The notes under the pieces are model-generated. The model did not search any database and had not been told where the DNA came from. It saw only the letters and a list, made by a program, of their open reading frames with translations. A program made the position numbers and the translations under genes. A stretch of 64,000 nucleotides of DNA from Bacteroidetes bacterium UBA6161 (GTDB taxonomy: Bacteria; Bacteroidota; Bacteroidia; NS11-12g; UBA955), in the NCBI GenBank assembly GCA_002422315.1, contig DIUJ01000050.1, positions 27-64,026 on the forward strand. Direction: 5' to 3'. Positions 9,232 to 18,489 of this stretch are shown one piece after another (position 1 is the first letter of the stretch; each line of letters begins with the position of its first letter).

Positions 9232-10564
9232 ACAAACACTACTCTGCTTTTCTCTTGGTTTTACACTAGGGATAAGCGCTCAAACAGTTACACGTCATGC
9301 TGGGATTTCTTATGTAGGTAGCGGACAGTATCGCTCCCTTAGAAACAATCCGATTAACGACGACTACTACTCTAATCCTTTTGGGATTATGACCGACCAA
9401 AACAATCGTCTGGTATTTACAGACGAACAAAACCTAATGATGCTTATAGGAAGTAACTCTTATAATAGGATTGGAAGCCCTGGCGACCCCAGTATCAATG
9501 GTGGATTTGACGATGGTGCAGCTTCTTCTGGCTTGCTAAACTCCCCTTCTGGACTGGCGCTTATGCCCAATACAAATGAGATTTTTATTTGTGACTATGG
9601 GAACAACAACATACGAAAAGTTTCTGCATTTACTACCGTTGCAAATTCTCAGCTTATAAGTACCTACTCCGGTAAAGCTTTAAATCCTCCGGGTTTTGTA
9701 AATGGACCTCTCTCTCAAGCCCTTTTTAATGGCCCCACAGATATTGCAATTACTAGCAATGGGACCATATTTATTGCAGATAAAAACAACCATGCAATCC
9801 GCAAAATAAAAAACGATACCGTTTCTACTTTTATTGGTATGAATGGAACTGCAGGCAATGAAGACGGATTTCATTCTATGGCACGAGTAAACCTGCCCAT
9901 GGGCTTGCACTTGTACCACGACACCCTTCTGTATATTTCAGATTTTGGAAATAGAAGAATCCGTGTGGTAAATCTCAATACAAATACCGTTAAAACTATA
10001 GTAAATTCAGGGCTTTTAAACCCTAGAAAAGTTATTAGGGTTCACAATACCCTTTTTATTTCCGATGAGTTTAATGTGAAGTATTTTGCCAAAGACACTC
10101 TTAAAGTTTTGGCAGGTGGCAATACTCCAGACGATTTAGATGGAATAGGGAGCGAGGCCCGGTTTTATGACTTATACCACTTGGCTTTTCAACCACTTGA
10201 TAGCGCACTTTATGTGGTTGACCAAGGCGTAAATATAATTAAAAGAATAAGCATAGATTTTGAATTAACAGAAGAAGAAATAGAGGATACAACTGGTCAG
10301 ATGAGTGTGACTAAACCCTATGCCTCAAAACTTAATATTTTCCCAAATCCGGTAACCAGTGTTTTAAATATACATTTAAATAAGGCAAAAGAGGTAAAAA
10401 TACAGCTCATAAGTATGGAAGGGAAAATACAAAACACTATTGAAACAACACCTACTAGCAGTGCGATTCAAATAGATTGCGAGAGACTCCAAACAGGCCT
10501 ATATCTAGTTACCATAGAAGAAAAAAATGGGATTAAGCAGTATTATAAAATTCGTAAAGAATAA
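9209..10564 (+). CDS. NHL/beta-propeller repeat protein with T9SS type A C-terminal sorting domain
   Basis: Signal peptide MNWKIYTKQTLLCFSLGFTLGISAQ at the internal ATG. Repeated NHL-like motifs (DxxNxxIRK/RIRVV). C-terminal LNIFPNPVTSVLNIHL...GLYLVTI. Overlaps the purC stop by 23 nt. Confidence 0.75.
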   Translation: MNWKIYTKQTLLCFSLGFTLGISAQTVTRHAGISYVGSGQYRSLRNNPINDDYYSNPFGIMTDQNNRLVFTDEQNLMMLIGSNSYNRIGSPGDPSINGGFDDGAASSGLLNSPSGLALMPNTNEIFICDYGNNNIRKVSAFTTVANSQLISTYSGKALNPPGFVNGPLSQALFNGPTDIAITSNGTIFIADKNNHAIRKIKNDTVSTFIGMNGTAGNEDGFHSMARVNLPMGLHLYHDTLLYISDFGNRRIRVVNLNTNTVKTIVNSGLLNPRKVIRVHNTLFISDEFNVKYFAKDTLKVLAGGNTPDDLDGIGSEARFYDLYHLAFQPLDSALYVVDQGVNIIKRISIDFELTEEEIEDTTGQMSVTKPYASKLNIFPNPVTSVLNIHLNKAKEVKIQLISMEGKIQNTIETTPTSSAIQIDCERLQTGLYLVTIEEKNGIKQYYKIRKE

Positions 10565-10634
10565 GTCCCAACTGAAATCCTTGGCCTTCCTTTTTTTCAT
10601 ACAATAAAAAATAAACATAAACTGATTTTTAAAG

Positions 10635-10642
10635 TAATTTTG
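10635..10642 (+). promoter_or_regulatory. Bacteroidota -7 promoter box TAATTTTG upstream of argS
   Basis: Exact match to TAnnTTTG, 18 nt before the ATG at 10661. Confidence 0.5.
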
Positions 10643-10660
10643 CTACCTTGAACAGATACC

Positions 10661-12451
10661 ATGACACGAATTGAAAATATTATACGCCACTATGTAGCCA
10701 AAGCTATAGAATCTATTTTTGAACATAGCATTCAAGAAGAAAACATTGGTCTAGACATTACCAAAAAAGAATTTATAGGTGATTTTACACTTGTAGTATT
10801 TCCTTATTTGAAAATAAGCAAATTAAACCCCGAACAAACTGCGGAAAGAATTGGGGAATACTTAATTAAAGAATGTGAATATATTCAATCTTACAATGTG
10901 GTAAAAGGTTTTTTGAACTTAGAGGTGTCTATTAAATATTGGAATAGTTTTTTGAGCTATTATGCAAAAGACTCTGAATATGGTAAAAACAACCTAGGAA
11001 AAGGAGAGAAACTTATGATAGAATACTCCTCTCCAAATACCAATAAGCCCTTACATTTAGGTCATATTCGCAACAATCTTTTAGGTTTCTCTATCGCGCA
11101 GATTATGCAAAATAGTGGTTACGACGTTATCAAAGTAAATTTAATAAATGACCGAGGAATTCATATATGCAAAAGTATGCTTGCTTGGCAAAAATATGGC
11201 AATGGCGAAACCCCAGAGAGTTCTGGAATAAAAGGAGACCACTTGGTAGGCAAATACTATGTTGCATTTGACAAGCACTACAAAACACAAGTACAAGAAC
11301 TTGTAGCCCAAGGCATAGAAGAAAAAGTTGCGGAAAGCGAAGCACCTCTTATGAAAGAAGCAAGAGAAATGCTTATTAAATGGGAAAATAACGATTTAGA
11401 AACCGTTGCTTTGTGGGAAAAAATGAACCAATGGGTGTATGCAGGTTTTAACCAAACATATACAGCATTAGGAGTAGATTTCGACCACTTCTATTACGAA
11501 TCCAACACCTATAAGTTGGGGAAAGAAATTGTGGAAGAAGGACTTCATAAAAAGGTATTTTACAAACAGGAAGATAGTTCTGTATGGATAGACTTGAGCG
11601 CAGAAAAACTAGACAAAAAACTTTTGCTTCGCAGTGATGGAACCTCTGTATACATGACCCAAGACCTTGGAACAGCAGACCTTAAATATCAAGATTTTGA
11701 AGCTCCAAGAGCAATTTACGTTGTTGGAAATGAACAAGACTATCACTTTAAAGTATTGTTTGAAATACTAAAAAAATTAGAAAGACCTTATGCCAATGGA
11801 TTATATCATCTTTCCTATGGCATGGTAGACCTTCCTTCTGGAAAAATGAAAAGCCGAGAAGGCACAGTGGTAGATGCAGACGATCTAATCAAAGAGATGG
11901 TTGAAACTGCTGCCAAAAAATCTGAAGAGAGTGGCAAAACAGAAGGAATGGAAGGGAATGAAATCTATGAATTGAATCAAATGGTTGGTTTGGGTGCACT
12001 AAAATATTATATACTAAAAGTAGATCCAAGCAAAAGAATGCTATTTAATCCAGAAGAATCAATAGACTTCCAAGGAGATACTGGGCCATTTATTCAGTAT
12101 ACCCATGCTCGAATAAAATCTATTTTAAGACAAATCCCAAACCTGGACTTTTTAAAAGAAGAACTAACAGACGATTTACCACTTCACGAAACCGAAATAG
12201 AAACCCTAATGGCGCTATACCAATTTCCACAAGAAACACAAAAGGCAGCAGAAATGCTGAATCCAGCCTTTGTTGCTGCTTCATGTTTAAAACTAGCACG
12301 AAGTTTCAATAGAGTTTACAAAGAAGTTAGTTTTCTGAGGGAAGAAAATATCGCAATAAAAAACAACAGATTAAAACTTGCCTATTTTACTGCACAAACC
12401 ATAGAACATGGAATGAGACTACTTGGAATATCTGTACCCGAAAGAATGTAA
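10661..12451 (+). CDS. argS: Arginine--tRNA ligase
   Basis: Class I HIGH-type motif PLHLGHIRN, MKSREG (KMSK-like), C-terminal anticodon-binding DALR-type region, 596 aa. Confidence 0.95.
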   Translation: MTRIENIIRHYVAKAIESIFEHSIQEENIGLDITKKEFIGDFTLVVFPYLKISKLNPEQTAERIGEYLIKECEYIQSYNVVKGFLNLEVSIKYWNSFLSYYAKDSEYGKNNLGKGEKLMIEYSSPNTNKPLHLGHIRNNLLGFSIAQIMQNSGYDVIKVNLINDRGIHICKSMLAWQKYGNGETPESSGIKGDHLVGKYYVAFDKHYKTQVQELVAQGIEEKVAESEAPLMKEAREMLIKWENNDLETVALWEKMNQWVYAGFNQTYTALGVDFDHFYYESNTYKLGKEIVEEGLHKKVFYKQEDSSVWIDLSAEKLDKKLLLRSDGTSVYMTQDLGTADLKYQDFEAPRAIYVVGNEQDYHFKVLFEILKKLERPYANGLYHLSYGMVDLPSGKMKSREGTVVDADDLIKEMVETAAKKSEESGKTEGMEGNEIYELNQMVGLGALKYYILKVDPSKRMLFNPEESIDFQGDTGPFIQYTHARIKSILRQIPNLDFLKEELTDDLPLHETEIETLMALYQFPQETQKAAEMLNPAFVAASCLKLARSFNRVYKEVSFLREENIAIKNNRLKLAYFTAQTIEHGMRLLGISVPERM

Positions 12452-12454
12452 AAA

Positions 12455-13780
12455 ATGACACAAATTTTAGTTTTAGGTGCTGGCAAATCCTCCGGAAGTT
12501 TAATACAATACCTAGGAAAATGGTGCAGTTCTCAAAATATAGGATTTACAGTTGCAGACATAGACCAATCACTAATTGAAGAAAAAACCATAGGTTTAAC
12601 CAATTGTAAAAAAGTTAAAATAGAAGAGAATAACGACTTGCAACTAGAAACTATTGTTTCTGAAAGTACAATTGTAGTATCGCTGCTTCCTGTATTTATG
12701 CATTTAAAAATTGCAAAACTGTGCATAAAGTATGGCAAACATATGGCTACTGCTAGCTATGTAAGCCCAGAAATAAGAAGCTTAGAAAATGAAATTAAAG
12801 AAAAGAAACTTTGCTTTTTATTCGAACTAGGAGTAGACCCTGGGATAGACCACTTATCTGCCAAAAAACTTATAGACGAAATAAAAAGCGAAGGAGGAGA
12901 AATAGAGTCCTTTAAAAGTTATACTGGTGCCTTGTTGCACCCAAATTCAGAAGAGGTTAACCCTTGGAAATATTTGTTTACTTGGAACCCAAGAAATGTA
13001 GTGTTAGCTGGGCAAGGATCTTGGGCTAAGTTTAAAGAAAAGGGCCAAATAAAATACCTTCCTTACTCTAGATTATTTAAGGAAACAACTTCTATACAGC
13101 TAGACAATCTAGGTAAGTTTGAAGCTTATATAAATAGGGATTCTTTAGAATATGAAAAAGCTTTTGGTTTAGAAAATTGCCAGACAATAATAAGAGGCAC
13201 ATTGCGAAGACCATTTTTCGCCGAAGCATGGAATGTATTGGTATACTTAGGTATCACATCAGACAACATACAGATCCCTATAGCTGCAAACACTTCTATT
13301 AAAACATTTTATAAACAAATTTGTGGTTTAGAAGATTTTACTAAAAATGAAATAGAGCAAAAAACAGGCTTTTTCATACATGAGAATGCATGGAAAAATA
13401 TAGAATTTTTAGAGTTGAATTCCAAAAATATCCTTCCAATAGGAACTTTTACTCCGGCTCAAATTTTAGAACAAATTCTTACAGAAAAATTGAAATTTGA
13501 AACGCACCACCAAGATAGAGTGGTTATGTGCCATATTATACAATACACAAAAAACAATGTTTCAAAACAAAGAACCAGCTATTTAAGTATAAATGGAAGC
13601 AAAGAACAAACTGCTATTAGCAGTTCGGTAGGATTGCCACTGGCTATGGGAGTAAAACAGATTGTCCAAAAAAAATTCCAAAAAATAGGAATACATATCC
13701 CGATTTACAAAGAGCTTTACGAACCCATACTAGCTGAATTAGAAACCTTTGGAATAAAATTCTACGAAATCACTTCTTAA
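12455..13780 (+). CDS. Saccharopine dehydrogenase-like NAD(P)-binding oxidoreductase
   Basis: N-terminal ILVLGAGKSSG Rossmann motif, ELGVDPGIDH motif, 441 aa. Confidence 0.8.
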   Translation: MTQILVLGAGKSSGSLIQYLGKWCSSQNIGFTVADIDQSLIEEKTIGLTNCKKVKIEENNDLQLETIVSESTIVVSLLPVFMHLKIAKLCIKYGKHMATASYVSPEIRSLENEIKEKKLCFLFELGVDPGIDHLSAKKLIDEIKSEGGEIESFKSYTGALLHPNSEEVNPWKYLFTWNPRNVVLAGQGSWAKFKEKGQIKYLPYSRLFKETTSIQLDNLGKFEAYINRDSLEYEKAFGLENCQTIIRGTLRRPFFAEAWNVLVYLGITSDNIQIPIAANTSIKTFYKQICGLEDFTKNEIEQKTGFFIHENAWKNIEFLELNSKNILPIGTFTPAQILEQILTEKLKFETHHQDRVVMCHIIQYTKNNVSKQRTSYLSINGSKEQTAISSSVGLPLAMGVKQIVQKKFQKIGIHIPIYKELYEPILAELETFGIKFYEITS

Positions 13781-13819
13781 GAAAAATTTGATTTAAAGAA
13801 ATGGCACGTTTTTTGCAAA

Positions 13820-15427
13820 ATGTTGGCCAATCCGATGTTGCATTACCTTACATATATCAATAAAAAAACAAAACTTCTTATTTTAACGAGCCTGTATTTC
13901 CTTGCATTACAGAACAATAGCTATTCACAAGCCTACTTTATTTCCGAAGAAAAGCACCACTCCAACACAATTAAAGAAGAATCTTTACAAGTTGAAACTA
14001 CTGTACTAGACAGTATCATAGAACTAGGTTTAAAATTTCTAAACAAACCATACAGATACAAAGGCCCAAACAACATTACAATGGATTGTAGCGGCTACTT
14101 AACCTATATTTTCGGAGAAAATTCTTTCTCACTTCCCCACTCTTCCGCTTCTATGGCTCAATTAACCAATAAAATAGACAAATCAGAATTAAAAACTGGA
14201 GATTTGGCTTTCTTTACTGGTAGAAATGCAAAAAGTAAAAGAGTAGGTCATGTGGGATTAATTGTGGATGTGTCGGAAAACTGCATTCAAATGATGCACA
14301 GCTGCTCTAGAGGAATAATTATTGAAGATATTTCAAAAAGTGACTACTACAAAAATAGACTAGTTAAATATGGAAGGTTGCAAAATTTAGAAGAAAAAAT
14401 AAGTATTCAAAAGGAGTTTATAAAACGACACAACGATTCCATACAAAGAAAAAAAGACAGCGTTAGCATTATAGGTGTAGGCGATATTATGTTGGGTACA
14501 AATTTCCCTAACGATAAATTTTTAGCACCAAACGATGGATCGGAATTGTTAAATCCAGTTTCCGCTATACTACAAAGCGCGGATATTACATTTGGAAACC
14601 TAGAAGGGGTGCTATCAGACGAAGAAGGGAAAGTAAAAAATTGCAACAATCCCGAAATATGCTATGCATTTAGAAGTCCAAGTCATTATGCTAAATATTT
14701 GAAAGAATCAGGGTTTGATGTGATGAGCATCGCAAACAATCATGTAGGAGACTTTGGAGAAATTGGAAGAAAAAATACAGTTACAACCCTCGAAAAAGAA
14801 GAAATTCAATTTGCAGGTCTTCAGGACTACCCATTTAGTATATTTACCAAGGACAATGTAACCTATGGTTTTTGTGCTTTTGCTCCAAATACAGGAACAA
14901 TAAGCATAAACGATAGCAAAAAAGCAATTGAAATTGTTTCACATTTAGACTCGTTATGCGACATCGTAATTGTATCTTTCCATGGAGGAGCAGAAGGTGC
15001 CAAATACAGAAGCATAACACGCCAAAATGAAATTTATTTAGGAGAAAACAGAGGCAATCCTTACCAATTTGCAAGAACAGTAATTGATGCTGGCGCTGAC
15101 ATAGTTTTTGGTCATGGCCCACATGTTACAAGGGCAATAGACTTATACAAAGACAAATTTATTGCTTACAGCTTGGGTAATTTTGCCACTTATGCACGTT
15201 TTAACTTAAGTGGCCCAAACGGTTTTGCACCTATTGTAAATGTTACTACTGATAATACAGGGAATTTCCTAAGGGCAGAGATAACTTCCATTAAACAGAC
15301 TGGAGAAGGTGGCCCTATTATAGATTCCGAAAATAAAGCACTTAAAGAAATTCAATCCCTTACTAAAAAAGATTTCCCAGAATCGCTTCTGCTTATTCAA
15401 GATAATGGTTTGGTAATCAAAAAATAA
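13820..15427 (+). CDS. Fusion protein: NlpC/P60 (C40) peptidase domain plus CapA/PGA_cap metallophosphatase-like domain
   Basis: The N-terminal half has the catalytic-Cys motif MDCSGYLTYIF and HVGLIV. The C-terminal half has GVGDIMLG, FGNLEG, ANNHVGDFG, SFHGGAEG, GHGPHV and YSLGNF, typical of CapA. Confidence 0.75.
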   Translation: MLANPMLHYLTYINKKTKLLILTSLYFLALQNNSYSQAYFISEEKHHSNTIKEESLQVETTVLDSIIELGLKFLNKPYRYKGPNNITMDCSGYLTYIFGENSFSLPHSSASMAQLTNKIDKSELKTGDLAFFTGRNAKSKRVGHVGLIVDVSENCIQMMHSCSRGIIIEDISKSDYYKNRLVKYGRLQNLEEKISIQKEFIKRHNDSIQRKKDSVSIIGVGDIMLGTNFPNDKFLAPNDGSELLNPVSAILQSADITFGNLEGVLSDEEGKVKNCNNPEICYAFRSPSHYAKYLKESGFDVMSIANNHVGDFGEIGRKNTVTTLEKEEIQFAGLQDYPFSIFTKDNVTYGFCAFAPNTGTISINDSKKAIEIVSHLDSLCDIVIVSFHGGAEGAKYRSITRQNEIYLGENRGNPYQFARTVIDAGADIVFGHGPHVTRAIDLYKDKFIAYSLGNFATYARFNLSGPNGFAPIVNVTTDNTGNFLRAEITSIKQTGEGGPIIDSENKALKEIQSLTKKDFPESLLLIQDNGLVIKK

Positions 15428-15513
15428 TTTTGATTCTTATGTCACTTTTTTATATACTTGCGGTTAACTGCAAGAAATAGCAGACTAATATTAATCAAAA
15501 TTAAAAATTAACA

Positions 15514-15852
15514 ATGGAAACATCAAAAGTAGACATGTTTATCATGCAAAACAGTAAATTTTTTGAATCTCACCACCTGCCAATGATCAGAGAAAGGTTG
15601 CTAGAATTAGACGATTCGAAATGGACTCAAGTACAAATGATTCAATACAAAGACCCAACTACAATTATGATTGTGTCAATTTTAGCTGGGAATTTAGGAA
15701 TTGATAGATTTATGATTGGCGACACAGGTATAGGTGTAGGAAAACTTATTACTTGCGGAGGATTAGGTATTTGGGCTATCGTAGACTGGTTTATGATAAT
15801 GGGTGCTACAAGAGAGAAAAACATGGAGAAATTCTTACTAAGTATATCTTAA
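15514..15852 (+). CDS. TM2 domain-containing membrane protein
   Basis: GNLGIDRFMIGDTGIGVGKLITCGGLGIWAIVDWFMI matches the TM2 two-helix motif. Confidence 0.8.
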   Translation: METSKVDMFIMQNSKFFESHHLPMIRERLLELDDSKWTQVQMIQYKDPTTIMIVSILAGNLGIDRFMIGDTGIGVGKLITCGGLGIWAIVDWFMIMGATREKNMEKFLLSIS

Positions 15853-15858
15853 AAACTC

Positions 15859-16266
15859 ATGAATAAGGGCAGGCTATACCCTATTATAGGAATAGCAAAT
15901 TTTGCAGGAATTGGGTGGTTGATTTACCATTTTAAAGAAATCAATAATTTAGAAAGCAACCCCGTATGCCCAATTAAACTAACTAGCGGATACCCCTGCC
16001 CTTCCTGTGGTTCTACGCGTTCTATACTTGCCATTTTACATGGCGATTTTATGGAAGCTTTACTACTAAACCCATTAGGCTACTTAAGTTTCGTATTAAT
16101 AGGTGTTACTAGTATTCTAATGTTAATTGATTGGTTAAAAAAGACTGACCTCTTGTTAAGATTTTACTTATTTTCTGAAAACAAACTAAAACAAAAAGCT
16201 ATTTCTATTCCATTCATAATACTCATCTTGTTGAATTGGATTTGGAATATTACCAAAGGACTATGA
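15859..16266 (+). CDS. DUF2752 domain-containing membrane protein
   Basis: CPIK...CPSCGSTRS zinc-ribbon-like motif followed by TM helices. Confidence 0.7.
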   Translation: MNKGRLYPIIGIANFAGIGWLIYHFKEINNLESNPVCPIKLTSGYPCPSCGSTRSILAILHGDFMEALLLNPLGYLSFVLIGVTSILMLIDWLKKTDLLLRFYLFSENKLKQKAISIPFIILILLNWIWNITKGL

Positions 16267-16724
16267 TAAAATACACCAAACTTTCGCCCCCTCCTGGAGA
16301 ACATGAAGCTGAAAGAGCTTCCAATAGCTACCTTATGTCATTGGTTGCCGTAGTGGTTGGTTTACCTCTCCCAATTGTTAATTTAATAGCAACCCTAATC
16401 TTCTATCTTGGAAATAGAAAATCTACTGCATTTGTAAAATGGCACAGTACACAAGCCTTGCTCTCTCAAATTTCAGTATTGTTTTTAAATAGTGCTGCAT
16501 TTTGGTGGACCATAAATGTTGTTTTTAAAAATGCCGAAGCAAGCAATTGGTATATTTCGTACATGATTACAGTATTGATAGTAAATCTTATAGAATTTAT
16601 AATGACCATTATTACCGCTATACAAGTTAGAAAAGGGATTCATGTAGAATGGTGGTTTTATGGAGAACTTTGCGATCAAATTATTGGAATTAATACTAAA
16701 AAAGAAAATGAAAACATTCAGTAA
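16263..16724 (+). CDS. DUF4870-like (Tic20-like) integral membrane protein
   Basis: ERASNSYLMSL..., then FVKWHSTQALLSQ and several TM segments. The start ATG overlaps the upstream stop (ATGA). Confidence 0.55.
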   Translation: MIKYTKLSPPPGEHEAERASNSYLMSLVAVVVGLPLPIVNLIATLIFYLGNRKSTAFVKWHSTQALLSQISVLFLNSAAFWWTINVVFKNAEASNWYISYMITVLIVNLIEFIMTIITAIQVRKGIHVEWWFYGELCDQIIGINTKKENENIQ

Positions 16725-17511
16725 ATTAATCCTTACGGTAATCGGAATTGGTTCTCTCTTTTTTATCATACAACTCGTAGATTGGGTAGCTATATTCAAT
16801 CCGCAAAAAATCTCTAAAACAACAGAAGAGAAACTTGGTGAATTGTATTGGGAGATTATTTCCAAAATGGAAAAAGAAGTAAAAAACGACAGTATTACTA
16901 TCCCTATTAAAAAACTCTTTAATAAAATTGCTGATAAAAATGAACTTGATATTACTGAATTAAAAATACATGTGCTTCAAAACGAGCAAATCAATGCGTT
17001 TGCACTACCTGGAAATAGAATTATACTATATACTGGATTGATTAAAGAAAGCGAGAATCAGGGAGAACTTGCAGGTGTTATATGTCATGAATTGGCTCAT
17101 ATCCATAAAAAACATATCTTGAAAAAGCTAGTTAAAGAGATAGGATTATCTACCATAATTAGCATGACCACAGGGAATGGAGCAGGAACAGAAACTGTAA
17201 AACAAGCATTAAAGATACTAAGTTCTAGTGCATACGATCGTAATTTGGAAACAGAAGCAGATTTAACAGCTATTGAATATCTAGAAAATGCAAAAATGAG
17301 TCCTGAATATTTTGCTGATTTTATGTTTAAAATGTCTGAATTGATGGAAGTTGCAAAAGAACTTACCTTAATTAGTTCGCATCCTCATTCAGAAGATAGA
17401 ACTAAAGCAATATTGGACAATACCAAACTAAAAAAAGACAAACACCAAGATATTCTAAGTACAAGAGAATGGGATTCCTTAAAAAACAATACTTACAATG
17501 TGGTAAATTGA
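16708..17511 (+). CDS. M48 family zinc metallopeptidase
   Basis: HELAHIHKKH (HExxH) motif, N-terminal TM anchor, NAFALPGNRIILYTGL. Internal ATG chosen (MKTFSKLILTV). Confidence 0.8.
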   Translation: MKTFSKLILTVIGIGSLFFIIQLVDWVAIFNPQKISKTTEEKLGELYWEIISKMEKEVKNDSITIPIKKLFNKIADKNELDITELKIHVLQNEQINAFALPGNRIILYTGLIKESENQGELAGVICHELAHIHKKHILKKLVKEIGLSTIISMTTGNGAGTETVKQALKILSSSAYDRNLETEADLTAIEYLENAKMSPEYFADFMFKMSELMEVAKELTLISSHPHSEDRTKAILDNTKLKKDKHQDILSTREWDSLKNNTYNVVN

Positions 17512-17598
17512 AAAATAAATAGATACGATAAATAGCCTAATCGATTAAATTCATAGGATACGTGTTATTTTTATTTAGAATTATTCTAAGAAAAGACT

Positions 17599-17606
17599 TA
17601 AATTTG
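17599..17606 (+). promoter_or_regulatory. -7 promoter box TAAATTTG upstream of iscU
   Basis: TAnnTTTG match 22 nt upstream of the ATG at 17629. Confidence 0.5.
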
Positions 17607-17628
17607 CAGTAACAAAAAAATAAACAAA

Positions 17629-18045
17629 ATGGCATATTCAGAAAAAGTAATAGACCACTACCAAAATCCTAGAAACATAGGTACTTTGGATAAAAGTTCA
17701 GAAACCGTTGGCACTGGCCTAGTTGGTGCTCCAGAATGCGGAGATGTAATGAGACTACAAATACAAGTAAACAAAGAAACAGGAATAATAGAAGATGCAA
17801 AATTCAAAACCTTTGGATGTGGCTCTGCTATAGCTTCTTCTTCTTTGGCTACAGAATGGCTTAAGGGCAAATCTGTAGATCAGGCTCTAGAAATAGACAA
17901 CATGGACATTGTAGAAGAACTTGCACTTCCTCCAGTTAAAATTCACTGTTCTGTTCTAGCAGAAGATGCTATTCGCTCTGCTATAAATGACTACAGAGTT
18001 AAAAATGGCTTAGAGCCAATTGAAGAAAAGAAAAGAATACACTAA
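17629..18045 (+). CDS. iscU: Fe-S cluster assembly scaffold protein IscU/NifU-like
   Basis: YSEKVIDHYQNPRN, GAPECGDVM, FGCGSAIASSS, IHCSVLAEDA conserved Cys ligands. Confidence 0.95.
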   Translation: MAYSEKVIDHYQNPRNIGTLDKSSETVGTGLVGAPECGDVMRLQIQVNKETGIIEDAKFKTFGCGSAIASSSLATEWLKGKSVDQALEIDNMDIVEELALPPVKIHCSVLAEDAIRSAINDYRVKNGLEPIEEKKRIH

Positions 18046-18060
18046 TTAAATATACCCAAT

Positions 18061-18405
18061 ATGCTAACAGATACTGGAAATATAACAATAACCGAGAATG
18101 CTGCCCAAAAAGCTAAGCAACTTATGTCTGAAGCAGGCTTAGATTCTAGCCATTTTATTAGGGTTTCTGTTAAAGGTGGGGGCTGTTCTGGCTTAACCTA
18201 TGAATTAGATTTTGACAACGAAATGGGAGAATCAGACCAAGTATTTGAAGATATGGATACAAAAATCGTGTGTGACCTAAAAAGTTTCCTTTACTTAGCT
18301 GGTACTAAATTAGATTTTAGCGATGGTCTAAACGGTAAAGGTTTTAACTTCATCAATCCTAATGCAACTAGAAGTTGTGGATGTGGTGAAAGCTTTGCAG
18401 TATAA
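18061..18405 (+). CDS. iscA: Iron-sulfur cluster insertion protein (IscA/ErpA, HesB family)
   Basis: GGGCSG motif and C-terminal SCGCGESF. Confidence 0.9.
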   Translation: MLTDTGNITITENAAQKAKQLMSEAGLDSSHFIRVSVKGGGCSGLTYELDFDNEMGESDQVFEDMDTKIVCDLKSFLYLAGTKLDFSDGLNGKGFNFINPNATRSCGCGESFAV

Positions 18406-18430
18406 ATATTATTTTAAGTTATCCGATATA

Positions 18431-18464
18431 AAAAAACCTCGAATAAAACATTCGAGGTTTTTTT
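18431..18464. terminator. Bidirectional intrinsic terminator between iscA (+) and ilvE (-)
   Basis: AAAAAACCTCGAA / TAAAACA / TTCGAGGTTTTTTT: a 13-bp stem flanked by an A-run and a T-run. Confidence 0.85.
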
Positions 18465-18489
18465 ATATATAGAAATATCTCTTCAATCA

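Noticed and set aside
16485-16865. 126-aa minus-strand ORF spanning the DUF4870-like/M48 junction
   Set aside because: It is antisense to two co-directional, motif-supported genes, so it is a shadow ORF. The same reasoning applies to the other short antisense ORFs in the track, for example 51-236, 237-443, 481-666, 23108-23308, 34946-35308, 35816-36301, 50228-50449 and 54637-54876.
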